Source: Patescibacteria group bacterium (GTDB taxonomy: Bacteria; Patescibacteriota; Patescibacteriia; UBA10025; JAHIVO01). Taken from it: DNA of 64,000 nt. Each line of letters opens with the position of its first letter. Positions within the stretch are counted from its first letter, which is position 1. The notes beneath the pieces were generated by a model. It had not been told where the DNA came from, did no database searches, and saw only the letters and a list, made by a program, of their open reading frames with translations. Location of the stretch: contig JBAZKE010000001.1 of assembly GCA_041650915.1 (NCBI GenBank), positions 611,097 to 675,096 of the forward strand. The letters run 5' to 3'. The position numbers were made by a program, and so were the translations under genes. This document shows positions 20,309 to 28,974 of the stretch, piece by piece.

Positions 20309-21364
20309 ATGGAACGCTCACATGGCAAAAAAATTCGTTTCGCGGTGATCGGATGCTCTCGCATCTCGAGCCAGCATTTTGGATCAATGCTGCTCTATAA
20401 AGAAGCGGTCGACATTGTCGCTCTCTGTGACATAGTGAAAGACCGAGCTGAAGAATTCGGAAAAAAATATAATGCAGAACCGTATACCGACTATAAAAAA
20501 ATGCTCAATCGTGACGATATTGATGTCGTTTCCATTTGCACACCAAATGGATTGCACGCAGAAATGGCAATCGCTACTGCAGAGGCAGGGAAAAATGCCC
20601 TCGTTGAAAAACCGATCGCACTCAATATCGCAGAAGCAGATACAATGATTAAGGCTTTTGAAAAAAACAAGAAAAAACTTTTTGTGGTGAAGCAAGTACG
20701 CTACAATCCCGCAGTTATCATCGCGAAAACAACAATCGATGACGGTAAGCTCGGAAAACTCTACTCAGGAAGCTTGACGGTCCGCTGGACGCGTCCGCAA
20801 GCATACTTCGATGAAGTAAATTGGCGTGGCACAAAAAAGCTCGACGGCGGGGCGCTCTTGAACCAAGGCGACCACTACGTTGATGTCCTCCAATGGCTCT
20901 TCGGGCCAGTCAGGAGCGTTTTTGCCAAAACGGATACCGTTGCGCATACGATTGAAACTGAAGATGAGGCGTTTGCCCTCCTTCAATTCCAGAACGGAGC
21001 GTATGTCACGCTGGAGTTCACCATTAATACGTACCCAAAAAACCTTGAATGCTCGCTCACGGTCCTCGGCAGTAAAGGAAGCATAAAAATCGGCGGAAAA
21101 GCTATTGATTCTTTTGATTTTTGGGAAGTTGAGGATTACCCGGAACCGTCCATCCAAGATAATATTCCAACTAAGGTCTATGAACTGGGATTGTTCCAGG
21201 GCGCATCGCCTCGGCATATTTTTGTGTACCAAAACATCATTGACCATTTTAATAATTTCAAAGATGTTGCCATGGACGGCAAGGAAGCCAGGAAATCAGT
21301 AGAAATCGTTGAAGCGATCTACCGTTCTGCCCGAACGAATAAGCAAGTAAATTTACCGCTGTAA
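20309..21364 (+). CDS. Gfo/Idh/MocA-family NAD(P)-dependent oxidoreductase (candidate UDP-GlcNAc 3-dehydrogenase, WbpB/WlbA-like)
   Basis: IRFAVIGCSRISSQHF Rossmann start, DIVALCDIVKDRAEEFGKKY, EKPIALNIAEADTMI; 351 aa. Context is with DegT aminotransferase, acetyltransferase and 2-epimerase genes. Confidence 0.75.
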   Translation: MERSHGKKIRFAVIGCSRISSQHFGSMLLYKEAVDIVALCDIVKDRAEEFGKKYNAEPYTDYKKMLNRDDIDVVSICTPNGLHAEMAIATAEAGKNALVEKPIALNIAEADTMIKAFEKNKKKLFVVKQVRYNPAVIIAKTTIDDGKLGKLYSGSLTVRWTRPQAYFDEVNWRGTKKLDGGALLNQGDHYVDVLQWLFGPVRSVFAKTDTVAHTIETEDEAFALLQFQNGAYVTLEFTINTYPKNLECSLTVLGSKGSIKIGGKAIDSFDFWEVEDYPEPSIQDNIPTKVYELGLFQGASPRHIFVYQNIIDHFNNFKDVAMDGKEARKSVEIVEAIYRSARTNKQVNLPL

Positions 21365-21374
21365 ATAGTAGCGT

Positions 21375-22631
21375 ATGCCCCTACTCATTTTTGAAAATAA
21401 AAATTACAAGCAGCTGTACCCGATCGCGTATACTCGGCCGACATTCGATACGATCCTCGGAATGTCATCACTGCTCGATAAAATACTTGGACGCTTCTCA
21501 ACGCAAAACGTTTCACTCTTTTGCAGAGATTTCCTGCGGCCGATGGTTAAACGCAATTATAAAAAGTATGGCGTTAATGTTTTTCCAAAAGGCGATGAAG
21601 TTATTCTCATTGATGGAACGGTAGTCATGGATGGAGTCCTGTCAAAAATGCTCCATCAGTTTACAAAAGATACTGTGGTAACAAATGGCAAACAGCTAGT
21701 AGCTGCCCGCATTTCCGGCAGCAATTTAAAAAAGCTCAAGGGTTCAAAACAAATTGATTTGTCACTCGTCAGAGCCCCGAAGAAAAAAGTACCCGTAAAA
21801 GTAGTCCAATATATCTGGGAAACTATATTGATCAATAGTGCACAGTTGAAAAAAGACTTTGCTCAAACGGGAAAGCTTGGGATTCAACAGTCAAAACCCT
21901 TAGGTGGAGAAAATTCCATATTTCTAGTCCAAAAAGAAAATATATACATTGCACCGCGCGTAGAACTTTTTCCGCTTGTTACCATAGATGCAAAAAGCGG
22001 CCCTGTTTACATCGAACGCGGAACAACCATTGCGCCGAATGTCATTATTCGCGGTCCTGTTTACATCGGGAAAAACTGCACTATTAACAGCGGTGCCAAG
22101 ATACTCCCCGGCACCACCATCGGTGAGAGCTCAAAAGTCGGCGGTGAGATCGCAGAGACTATCATCCACGGTTTTTCTAACAAGCAACACGACGGTTTTC
22201 TCGGGCATTCGTATATCGGTACATGGTGCAATTTGGGCGCGAATACCAACAACAGCGACCTTAAAAATAACTATAGTCCCGTTTCCATCCAGATTGGGTC
22301 CGATACGTACGACACGCAACAACTCTTTGCCGGAATTTTTATGGGGGACCACTCGAAAACCGGAATTAATACCATGCTCAACACTGGCACGGTAATTGGA
22401 GCCGGCTGCAATATTATCGGTACCGGTTATCCGAGGAAATTCGTTCCGTCGTTTACCTGGGATAACCAGCAGCACAAGCCGGTCACACACGCTTTTGATA
22501 AGTTTATTGCGACTGCAAAAGTTGTATGCAAGCGCAGAAACGTAATGCTGACAGCTGCAGATAAAAAACTCTATGCTGCTGCTTTTACCAACACGAGCAT
22601 CGATCGAACCCACTTTAATTCAAAACGGTAA
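21375..22631 (+). CDS. Nucleotidyltransferase-like plus left-handed beta-helix (hexapeptide) protein with a degenerate nucleotide-binding loop
   Basis: N-terminal approximately 200 aa align to the sugar-phosphate nucleotidyltransferase fold, but the G.G.R loop is replaced (LIFENKNYKQLYPIAYTRPTFD). C-terminal half has hexapeptide repeats (IAPNVIIRGPVYIGKNCTINSGAKILPGTTIGESSKVGGE...). Confidence 0.5.
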   Translation: MPLLIFENKNYKQLYPIAYTRPTFDTILGMSSLLDKILGRFSTQNVSLFCRDFLRPMVKRNYKKYGVNVFPKGDEVILIDGTVVMDGVLSKMLHQFTKDTVVTNGKQLVAARISGSNLKKLKGSKQIDLSLVRAPKKKVPVKVVQYIWETILINSAQLKKDFAQTGKLGIQQSKPLGGENSIFLVQKENIYIAPRVELFPLVTIDAKSGPVYIERGTTIAPNVIIRGPVYIGKNCTINSGAKILPGTTIGESSKVGGEIAETIIHGFSNKQHDGFLGHSYIGTWCNLGANTNNSDLKNNYSPVSIQIGSDTYDTQQLFAGIFMGDHSKTGINTMLNTGTVIGAGCNIIGTGYPRKFVPSFTWDNQQHKPVTHAFDKFIATAKVVCKRRNVMLTAADKKLYAAAFTNTSIDRTHFNSKR

Positions 22632-22633
22632 CT

Positions 22634-23650
22634 ATGAAAATAGGCATCTACGGGATAGGAAGCTTCGGTTTCGCGATCCTGCAGCACATCAGTACAAACC
22701 AATTAATCAAATCCTCCGTTGAAGTTATCGCGTACGACCGGGACAAGGAACTTATAAACCATTTGCAGAAAAAAAGGAGGCATCTTCACCACCACAAAAA
22801 AATCCTTATCCAAGAAAACGTATTGTTCACGAACAACGAGAAGGATGTTTTTTCAGGCAATGACGTAGTTATTATTTCCATTACTTCATCGGCAATAGCA
22901 CACGTACTTAAAAAAAACACCAAGTTCATTAATAAAAAAATGATTCTGCTGAATACCACGAAGGCGCTCGATAAAAAAACTGCTCGATGCTTTTCAGAAA
23001 TTGTCGGTGGTATGCCGGTCATTCGCCGGCACGCTTGCCCCCTGGCAGTCATAGCAGGCGGCACGATCGCATCCGACCTTTTTCACCATGAGCCCCTTGG
23101 CGTAGACATCGGTTGTGGCGATCCTGGCGCCCTTAAGGTGTTAAAAAAATTATTTCTCTCTGACAACCTTAACGTGTACACTACTTCAGACGTACGCGGT
23201 ATCGAGTATGCGGGTGCTTTTAAAAACGTAATTTCGATCCTCGCTGGAATCGTTAACGGCTGCGGATTTTCTTACGGATCGGAGACGCACCTTATAACCC
23301 GTGCGGCTTTTGAGACTACGAGGTTATTGAAGAAAAAAATCTCCATTGATCCATACACTTTCTCAATGTACAGCCAGTGCTGGGGAAATGATCTTTGGCT
23401 CAGTTGCACTGGAAATACGAGAAACCGTGAATTTGGCATGCTCATCGGAAAAGGGTTTTCTCCAAAAAATGCTTTACATACAATGAGTTCTCAGCGTAAA
23501 ACTGTCGAAGGCGTCAATACGGTCCAGGCTCTGAAAAAATTCAATCTCTCGCCTGCATTTCCGATTTTTAATGGAATATATCGTATCGTAGTAAAAAATC
23601 AAAAACCTAAAAAAGTCATTCTTGAACTCATGGCATCAAACCAAATATAG
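22634..23650 (+). CDS. NAD(P)H-dependent glycerol-3-phosphate dehydrogenase (GpsA)-like protein
   Basis: MKIGIYGIGSFGFAIL dinucleotide loop; core block DVRGIEYAGAFKNVISILAGIVNGCGFSYGSETHLITRAAFETTRL resembles GpsA DViGvElgGAlKNViAIaAGi...ALitRgl.EmtRL; 338 aa. Confidence 0.65.
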   Translation: MKIGIYGIGSFGFAILQHISTNQLIKSSVEVIAYDRDKELINHLQKKRRHLHHHKKILIQENVLFTNNEKDVFSGNDVVIISITSSAIAHVLKKNTKFINKKMILLNTTKALDKKTARCFSEIVGGMPVIRRHACPLAVIAGGTIASDLFHHEPLGVDIGCGDPGALKVLKKLFLSDNLNVYTTSDVRGIEYAGAFKNVISILAGIVNGCGFSYGSETHLITRAAFETTRLLKKKISIDPYTFSMYSQCWGNDLWLSCTGNTRNREFGMLIGKGFSPKNALHTMSSQRKTVEGVNTVQALKKFNLSPAFPIFNGIYRIVVKNQKPKKVILELMASNQI

Positions 23651-23673
23651 TGCTTTACAGTACCGGCGTATTA

Positions 23674-23702
23674 TTGCATAAAATAAAGCTTGTTGGTATA
23701 CT
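23674..23702 (+). promoter_or_regulatory. Sigma-70-like promoter TTGCAT(23674-23679), 17-nt spacer, TATACT(23697-23702), upstream of the acetyltransferase/aminotransferase/epimerase genes
   Basis: Hexamers and spacing read directly; gene ATG at 23739. Confidence 0.45.
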
Positions 23703-23738
23703 CTCATTCATTCATTTCTAAACTATTTTTTTAACAAA

Positions 23739-24335
23739 ATGACGATGCAAAAAGAATCCAAAAAACCATATTTTGCACATGAGACCAGCCTGGTGGACGA
23801 GCCAGCCACTATCGGCAGCGGAACAAAAATTTGGCATTTTGCGCATATCATGAAAGGCGCAAAAATTGGAAAAAATTGTTCATTTGGGCAAAATGTATAC
23901 GTTGGAAGCGGCGCTATTGTTGGCGATAACGTTAAGGTGCAAAACAATGTCTCTATTTACGATGGCGTAACTCTCGAGGATTATGTTTTTTGCGGGCCTT
24001 CGATGGTTTTTACCAATGACCTGAATCCGCGCTGCAAGTACCCCAAGCATGGGCACTACGTTAATACAACAATTCGCTACGGTGCGAGCATTGGGGCGAA
24101 CGTAACCGTCGTCTGCGGCCATACGATCGGCAGGCACGCATTCATCGGTTCCGGATCGGTTGTAACAAAAGATATTCCGGATTATGCGCTTGCGTTTGGC
24201 AATCCTGCTAAAATTCAAGGTTGGATGTGCGAATGTGGCACAAAACTGAGCTTTGCGGGCGGTGATGCGCAATGCGCTACGTGCAAGCGAAAATTTACCA
24301 AAAAAGATACTATTATTAAAGAAATACTAAAATGA
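23739..24335 (+). CDS. Hexapeptide-repeat sugar N-acetyltransferase (WbpD/WlbB-like) with a C-terminal Cys4 zinc-ribbon tail
   Basis: Left-handed beta-helix repeats (IGKNCSFGQNVYVGSGAIVGDNVKVQNNVSIYDGVTLED; IGRHAFIGSGSVVTKDIPDYALAFGNPAKIQG), then WMCECGTKLSFAGGDAQCATCKRKF (C.C...C..C). Confidence 0.75.
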   Translation: MTMQKESKKPYFAHETSLVDEPATIGSGTKIWHFAHIMKGAKIGKNCSFGQNVYVGSGAIVGDNVKVQNNVSIYDGVTLEDYVFCGPSMVFTNDLNPRCKYPKHGHYVNTTIRYGASIGANVTVVCGHTIGRHAFIGSGSVVTKDIPDYALAFGNPAKIQGWMCECGTKLSFAGGDAQCATCKRKFTKKDTIIKEILK

Positions 24336-25438
24336 AATTGCTCGATTTAAACGCCCAGTACGAACCTATTAAGGAAGAGATAAACGCTGCCATTCAGGAT
24401 GTCCTCAACCGGACCGCATTTATGCTCGGTGAGGATTTAAAAAATCTCGAATCAGAAATCGCTGCATATTGCGGATCGAAGTATGCGGTCGGCCTCAATT
24501 CTGGCACCGACGCCCTCCTATTCGCCATCCGTGCGTATGATATCGGGCCGGGTGATGAAGTTATTACAACGCCATTCACTTTCATTTCAACCGCCGAAGT
24601 AGTGGCGGTTCGCGGAGCGAAGCCTGTTTTTGTTGATATTATTCCTGATACTTTTAATATCGATCCTGAGCTCATCGAAGAAAAAATTACACCACGGACA
24701 AAAGCGATTATCCCTGTGCATTTATACGGCCAGACTGCTGATATGGAACCCATCATGGAGCTCGCAAAAAAACATAACCTCAAAGTCATCGAAGATGCAG
24801 CCCAGTCGATAGGCGCTGAATACAATGGCAAAAAGGCATGCTCCATCGGGGATATCGGATGTATTTCTTTTTTCCCGGCGAAAAATCTCGGCGCATACGG
24901 CGACGCCGGAATGATTACGACTGATGATGAGGCGATCGCCGAACATATTCGCATGGCACGTAATCATGGTTCGAGAAAAAAATACTACCATGAATTTTTA
25001 GGTGATTCTTCACGCCTCGATAACCTTCAAGCCGCAATTCTTCGCGTTAAATTGAAATATATTGACCAATGGAATAATAAGCGCATAGAAAACGCTGAAT
25101 ACTATAATGCATTATTTTCAAAAGTGAAAGGGGTCGTCACACCAAAAACACTTGCCAATACAAAAACGGTATACCAGCAGTATACGATACGAATTCAGAA
25201 TAGGGATAAAGTTCAGGCTTACCTAAAGGAAAATGGAATACCGACCGCCGTCCACTACCCCACGCCCCTGCACCTCCAGCCGGTATTTCTGAACATGAAT
25301 TTAGGTTTTTCAGAAGGTGATTTTCCTGAATCTGAAAAAGCGGCTCGTGAGGTATTGTCACTGCCAATGTACCCGGAGATAAGCCGATCAGACGAAGAAG
25401 AAATCGTCGCCCAGATCGAGCACGCGTTAAAAATCTAG
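24332..25438 (+). CDS. DegT/DnrJ/EryC1/StrS-family PLP-dependent sugar aminotransferase (WbpE-like)
   Basis: 368 aa. Motifs DEVITTPFTFISTAEVV, AIIPVHLYGQTADME and ISFFPAKNLGAYGDAGMITTDD (the Lys-containing PLP region). ATGA overlap with the upstream acetyltransferase gene. Confidence 0.85.
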   Translation: MKLLDLNAQYEPIKEEINAAIQDVLNRTAFMLGEDLKNLESEIAAYCGSKYAVGLNSGTDALLFAIRAYDIGPGDEVITTPFTFISTAEVVAVRGAKPVFVDIIPDTFNIDPELIEEKITPRTKAIIPVHLYGQTADMEPIMELAKKHNLKVIEDAAQSIGAEYNGKKACSIGDIGCISFFPAKNLGAYGDAGMITTDDEAIAEHIRMARNHGSRKKYYHEFLGDSSRLDNLQAAILRVKLKYIDQWNNKRIENAEYYNALFSKVKGVVTPKTLANTKTVYQQYTIRIQNRDKVQAYLKENGIPTAVHYPTPLHLQPVFLNMNLGFSEGDFPESEKAAREVLSLPMYPEISRSDEEEIVAQIEHALKI

Positions 25439-25445
25439 AGTACAA

Positions 25446-26528
25446 ATGAATAAAAAAATTATTTGCTCAGTTGTTGGCGCAAGGCCGCAATTCATTAAAC
25501 TTGCTCCCTTATCGAAACAACTCCAGCAATCCTACAATGAAGTCATCATTCACACTGGACAGCATTACGATAAAGAATTATCGAAGATTTTTTTTGATAC
25601 GCTCAATATCCCGAAACCGGACTATAATTTAAATGTCCGGTCAGGAACTCACGGAGCCCAAACCGGCATCATGCTTGCCGGCCTCGAAAAACTCTTTACG
25701 AAACTGAAGCCAAAACTCGTGCTTGTTTTTGGCGATACGAATTCCACTCTCGCCGGTGCACTCGCAGCGGCAAAAATGCATATTCCTGTCGCACATGTCG
25801 AATCGGGCATGAGAAGTTTCAATAAAAAAATGCCAGAGGAACGAAACCGAATCATTACGGATCATATCTCCGACATCCTTTTTTGTTCTACACAACAATC
25901 AAAACGGTGGCTCGAGCAAGAAAATATTACTCGAAATGTGCACGTCGTCGGCGATCTTATGATTGATGCGCTGATGGACCATGCAAAAATTGCAATGGCT
26001 GACTCCCACGTTATCCACGATCTGAATATTAAACCAAAGAGTTATTACCTCTCGACAATACATAGGGCTGAAAACACAGACAGTAAATTTCGGCTGGAGA
26101 ACATCTTAGCGGCCTTAGCAAAATCAAATAAAAGAGTTATTTTGCCGCTCCACCCTCGGACAAAAAAAATGATAAAAAAGCATGGCTTATCCAGTTACCT
26201 CCATTCAAAACAGCTACTCGTCATACCTCCTGTAAGCTACCTCGATATGCTCCAGCTTGAAATGAATGCATTAAAAATTGCAACCGATTCCGGCGGCATA
26301 CAGAAGGAGGCATACTTTTTTAAAGTCCCCTGCGTTACGCTCAGAGATGAAACTGAGTGGCTCGAGACCGTCAAAGGCGGGTGGAATGTCGTTACCGGCG
26401 TCGAGAAAAAAAAGATCCTCAATGCTCTACGAAAATCTTCTACTCCTCGCAAACATACTGCGAGTTACGGCAGCGGGAATGCAGCAAAAAAAATCGTAGT
26501 ATGGCTCAATGCATTCTTGTCCAAGTAA
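25446..26528 (+). CDS. wecB: UDP-N-acetylglucosamine 2-epimerase (non-hydrolysing; WecB/WbpI-like)
   Basis: VVGARPQFIKLAPL, HTGQHYD, VFGDTNSTLAGALAAAKMHIPVAHVESGMRSF, MPEERNRIITDHISD are canonical Epimerase_2 motifs. Confidence 0.85.
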   Translation: MNKKIICSVVGARPQFIKLAPLSKQLQQSYNEVIIHTGQHYDKELSKIFFDTLNIPKPDYNLNVRSGTHGAQTGIMLAGLEKLFTKLKPKLVLVFGDTNSTLAGALAAAKMHIPVAHVESGMRSFNKKMPEERNRIITDHISDILFCSTQQSKRWLEQENITRNVHVVGDLMIDALMDHAKIAMADSHVIHDLNIKPKSYYLSTIHRAENTDSKFRLENILAALAKSNKRVILPLHPRTKKMIKKHGLSSYLHSKQLLVIPPVSYLDMLQLEMNALKIATDSGGIQKEAYFFKVPCVTLRDETEWLETVKGGWNVVTGVEKKKILNALRKSSTPRKHTASYGSGNAAKKIVVWLNAFLSK

Positions 26529-26600
26529 TTGAGCTTATCTAAAATTCATGGCACGATTGGGTCAATCACACTCGAAACCTAACAGGACGTATCGACATTC

Positions 26601-27749
26601 ATGAATGCCCCCAAGGATCCTTTGAAAGTGCTCTGCATTGCAGGCTGGTATCCGAATCGTAAAAATCCTTACGAGGGTATTTTTATTCGTGAACACGTTT
26701 ATGCCATCGCTAAACAGCATGATGTCGTTGTTTTGTATAGAGATTTTAATTCTTCCGATTCTCCACTATCTGATTCGGTAGAAAATGGAATTCGAACAAT
26801 TCGATTTTTTGCTCCTGCCTGGATGCCAAAAAAACTTTCCTACTTTCTCTTTACATTCAAAATCGCATCAATTGTTCAGAATAAATTGATAAGCCAAGGC
26901 TGGCACCCAGATCTTATACATGCTCATGAGTATATCGCGATGCTGCCAGCACTCCGATTGCAGAAAAAACTACGTATCCCGGCCGTTTCAACCGAACATT
27001 CATCTACGTTTCCGCGGCACGAACTTAGTTTTTTCGAGCAGCTTATAGCGCGTTATGGGCTCCGCCGCGCTGCAATGATTCTTCCAGTGAGTTCGGTGGT
27101 TGAGCAAGGATTGCGTGATTATGGGATTAAAACTGGGTGTACAATAATCCCAAACGTAGTTGATACGGCAATTTTTAATCCATCGCGACAACCGCAAAAA
27201 AATATTAAAAAAAAAATTTTAGTAGTCGCATCCTTGATTCCAGTCAAAGGAATCGATTATCTGATCAATGCAGTTGCCCAGCTTGTTAAAAAACGCCAAG
27301 ATTTTGTATTAGAAATTGTCGGTGATGGTACTTGCGCCAAGGCATATAAGCAATTAACAGAACAGCTGAAACTTAATAATTTTATACGGTTCCATGGGCG
27401 CCAAAATAAAACTATAGTTTCGGGTTTCATGAAAGGGTGCGATTTTTTTGTTCAGCCAAGTCTTTTCGAAACCTTTGGCGTAACGCTTATCGAAGCAATG
27501 GCATGCGGCAAACCGATTGTCGCATCAAACGCTGGCGGTATATCTTGCCTCATTACTGAAGATATCGGATTACTGGTCACTCCTAAAAACAGCATTGCAT
27601 TACAGCACGCGATCAATACCATGCTTGATTCTTTTCACCATTACTCAGCACTAGATATTGCACGGCATGCTCGAGAAAACTTCAGCTATGAAGTAGTCGG
27701 GAAAAAAATAAGTGAGCTTTATAAAAAAGTTTTAGCAATACACACTTAA
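26601..27749 (+). CDS. Glycosyltransferase family 4 (GT-B fold)
   Basis: 382 aa. C-terminal GT4 motif (FVQPSLFETFGVTLIEAMACGKPIVASNAGGISCLITEDIGLLV; E.7E). Contains an A10 homopolymer at 27207-27216. Confidence 0.8.
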   Translation: MNAPKDPLKVLCIAGWYPNRKNPYEGIFIREHVYAIAKQHDVVVLYRDFNSSDSPLSDSVENGIRTIRFFAPAWMPKKLSYFLFTFKIASIVQNKLISQGWHPDLIHAHEYIAMLPALRLQKKLRIPAVSTEHSSTFPRHELSFFEQLIARYGLRRAAMILPVSSVVEQGLRDYGIKTGCTIIPNVVDTAIFNPSRQPQKNIKKKILVVASLIPVKGIDYLINAVAQLVKKRQDFVLEIVGDGTCAKAYKQLTEQLKLNNFIRFHGRQNKTIVSGFMKGCDFFVQPSLFETFGVTLIEAMACGKPIVASNAGGISCLITEDIGLLVTPKNSIALQHAINTMLDSFHHYSALDIARHARENFSYEVVGKKISELYKKVLAIHT

Positions 27750-27750
27750 C

Positions 27751-28971
27751 ATGAAAATAGTCCACATTATTGGTTTTTACCAGCCTGAATTCGGCTATCA
27801 AGAATACTACCTCTCGAAACGCCAAAAAGAAAATGGGCACGATGTCTACCTACTTACGTCTGACTATCTATACCCTTTTAAAGACATTGGCAGGATGCTC
27901 AAAGACATTGGCAGTACAGAAACCGGACGTAAACGAAAACCCGGATCTTACGACATTGATGGGGTAAAAGTATTCCGATTTAAAAGTTTTTTTCGGTATG
28001 GCGACTTTATTTTGGCAAGAGGGATAAAGAAAAAACTTGGAGAGATTAGGCCTGATATCGTCTATGCCCATGAAGCAAAACAAGGATTGCCCCTTTTCGC
28101 AGCAAAGTATAAAAAAACTTTCGGATATAAGCTCATTTACAACCACCATGATTTTTACCATACAATCAGGAATCACGCGCTGTGGAAAAAATTATTACGA
28201 TATGTTGACTATTTCTGGTTTCGAATTTTTCTCGTCCGCTGGGCTCTGTCTAAAGCTGATGCTATAATCTCACCGGTTGATGAAATTACTTCTTTTTTAA
28301 TCAACAGGCACCATATTGAGCCGAGTAAAATAAAATCATTCCCCCTCGGAGTAGAAACTCAGCTCTTTATGCGATCTGGTAAGGATCGAAATGCACTCAG
28401 AAAAAAATATAGCATTGCCGAAGATGAAACAGTATTGCTGTTTTCGGGTAGAATCGAGAGTCGTAAAAACATCGAGCTTCTTATCGAAACTTTCAGTCAA
28501 TTGCGAAAGCAATTTCCATTAAAGCTTTTTATAATCGGTAGCGGCGATAAGGCCTACTTTGAAAAACTTAACCAGATGGTTTTGCAAAAAGGACTGAAAA
28601 AAGATATTTTCTTTACAGGGTTTACAAAAAAAGCAGACCTAACCAAGTTTTTCTCTGCCGCGGATATTGCCGTATGGCCGGGTAATAATTCGATTTCTAT
28701 CATGGAAGCAATGTCGTGTAGCCTGCCAATCGTTATTGTCGATCTTCAACTCGGCTACCTCGCTTCCCACAATAATGGATTCACATTTAAAGATGGTGAT
28801 GCTGAGGGATTTGCCGAAATCATCAAAAAAATTATCATTGATAAAAATCTGCGAAAAAGAATGTCAGAAAATTCCAGGAAGGCGGCTATTGAAAACTATA
28901 GTGAGCAAAAACGTTCACATGATATAACACAGTTTTGCTGTGACCTAGTGCAAAACAACGTCTTACATTAA
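27751..28971 (+). CDS. Glycosyltransferase family 4 (GT-B fold)
   Basis: 406 aa. FSGRIESRKNIELLIETF...GFTKKADLTKFFSAADIAVWPGNNSISIMEAMSCSLPIVI is a typical GT4 C-domain. Confidence 0.75.
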   Translation: MKIVHIIGFYQPEFGYQEYYLSKRQKENGHDVYLLTSDYLYPFKDIGRMLKDIGSTETGRKRKPGSYDIDGVKVFRFKSFFRYGDFILARGIKKKLGEIRPDIVYAHEAKQGLPLFAAKYKKTFGYKLIYNHHDFYHTIRNHALWKKLLRYVDYFWFRIFLVRWALSKADAIISPVDEITSFLINRHHIEPSKIKSFPLGVETQLFMRSGKDRNALRKKYSIAEDETVLLFSGRIESRKNIELLIETFSQLRKQFPLKLFIIGSGDKAYFEKLNQMVLQKGLKKDIFFTGFTKKADLTKFFSAADIAVWPGNNSISIMEAMSCSLPIVIVDLQLGYLASHNNGFTFKDGDAEGFAEIIKKIIIDKNLRKRMSENSRKAAIENYSEQKRSHDITQFCCDLVQNNVLH

Positions 28972-28974
28972 TAC

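Noticed and set aside
27207-27216. Treating every A8 or longer/T8 or longer tract in the island as a phase-variation switch
   Set aside because: Tracts of 8 occur repeatedly, including in murA and hldA, reflecting AT-rich Lys/Phe codon usage. Only the A10 (and, more weakly, the A9 tracts) was retained as a low-confidence finding.
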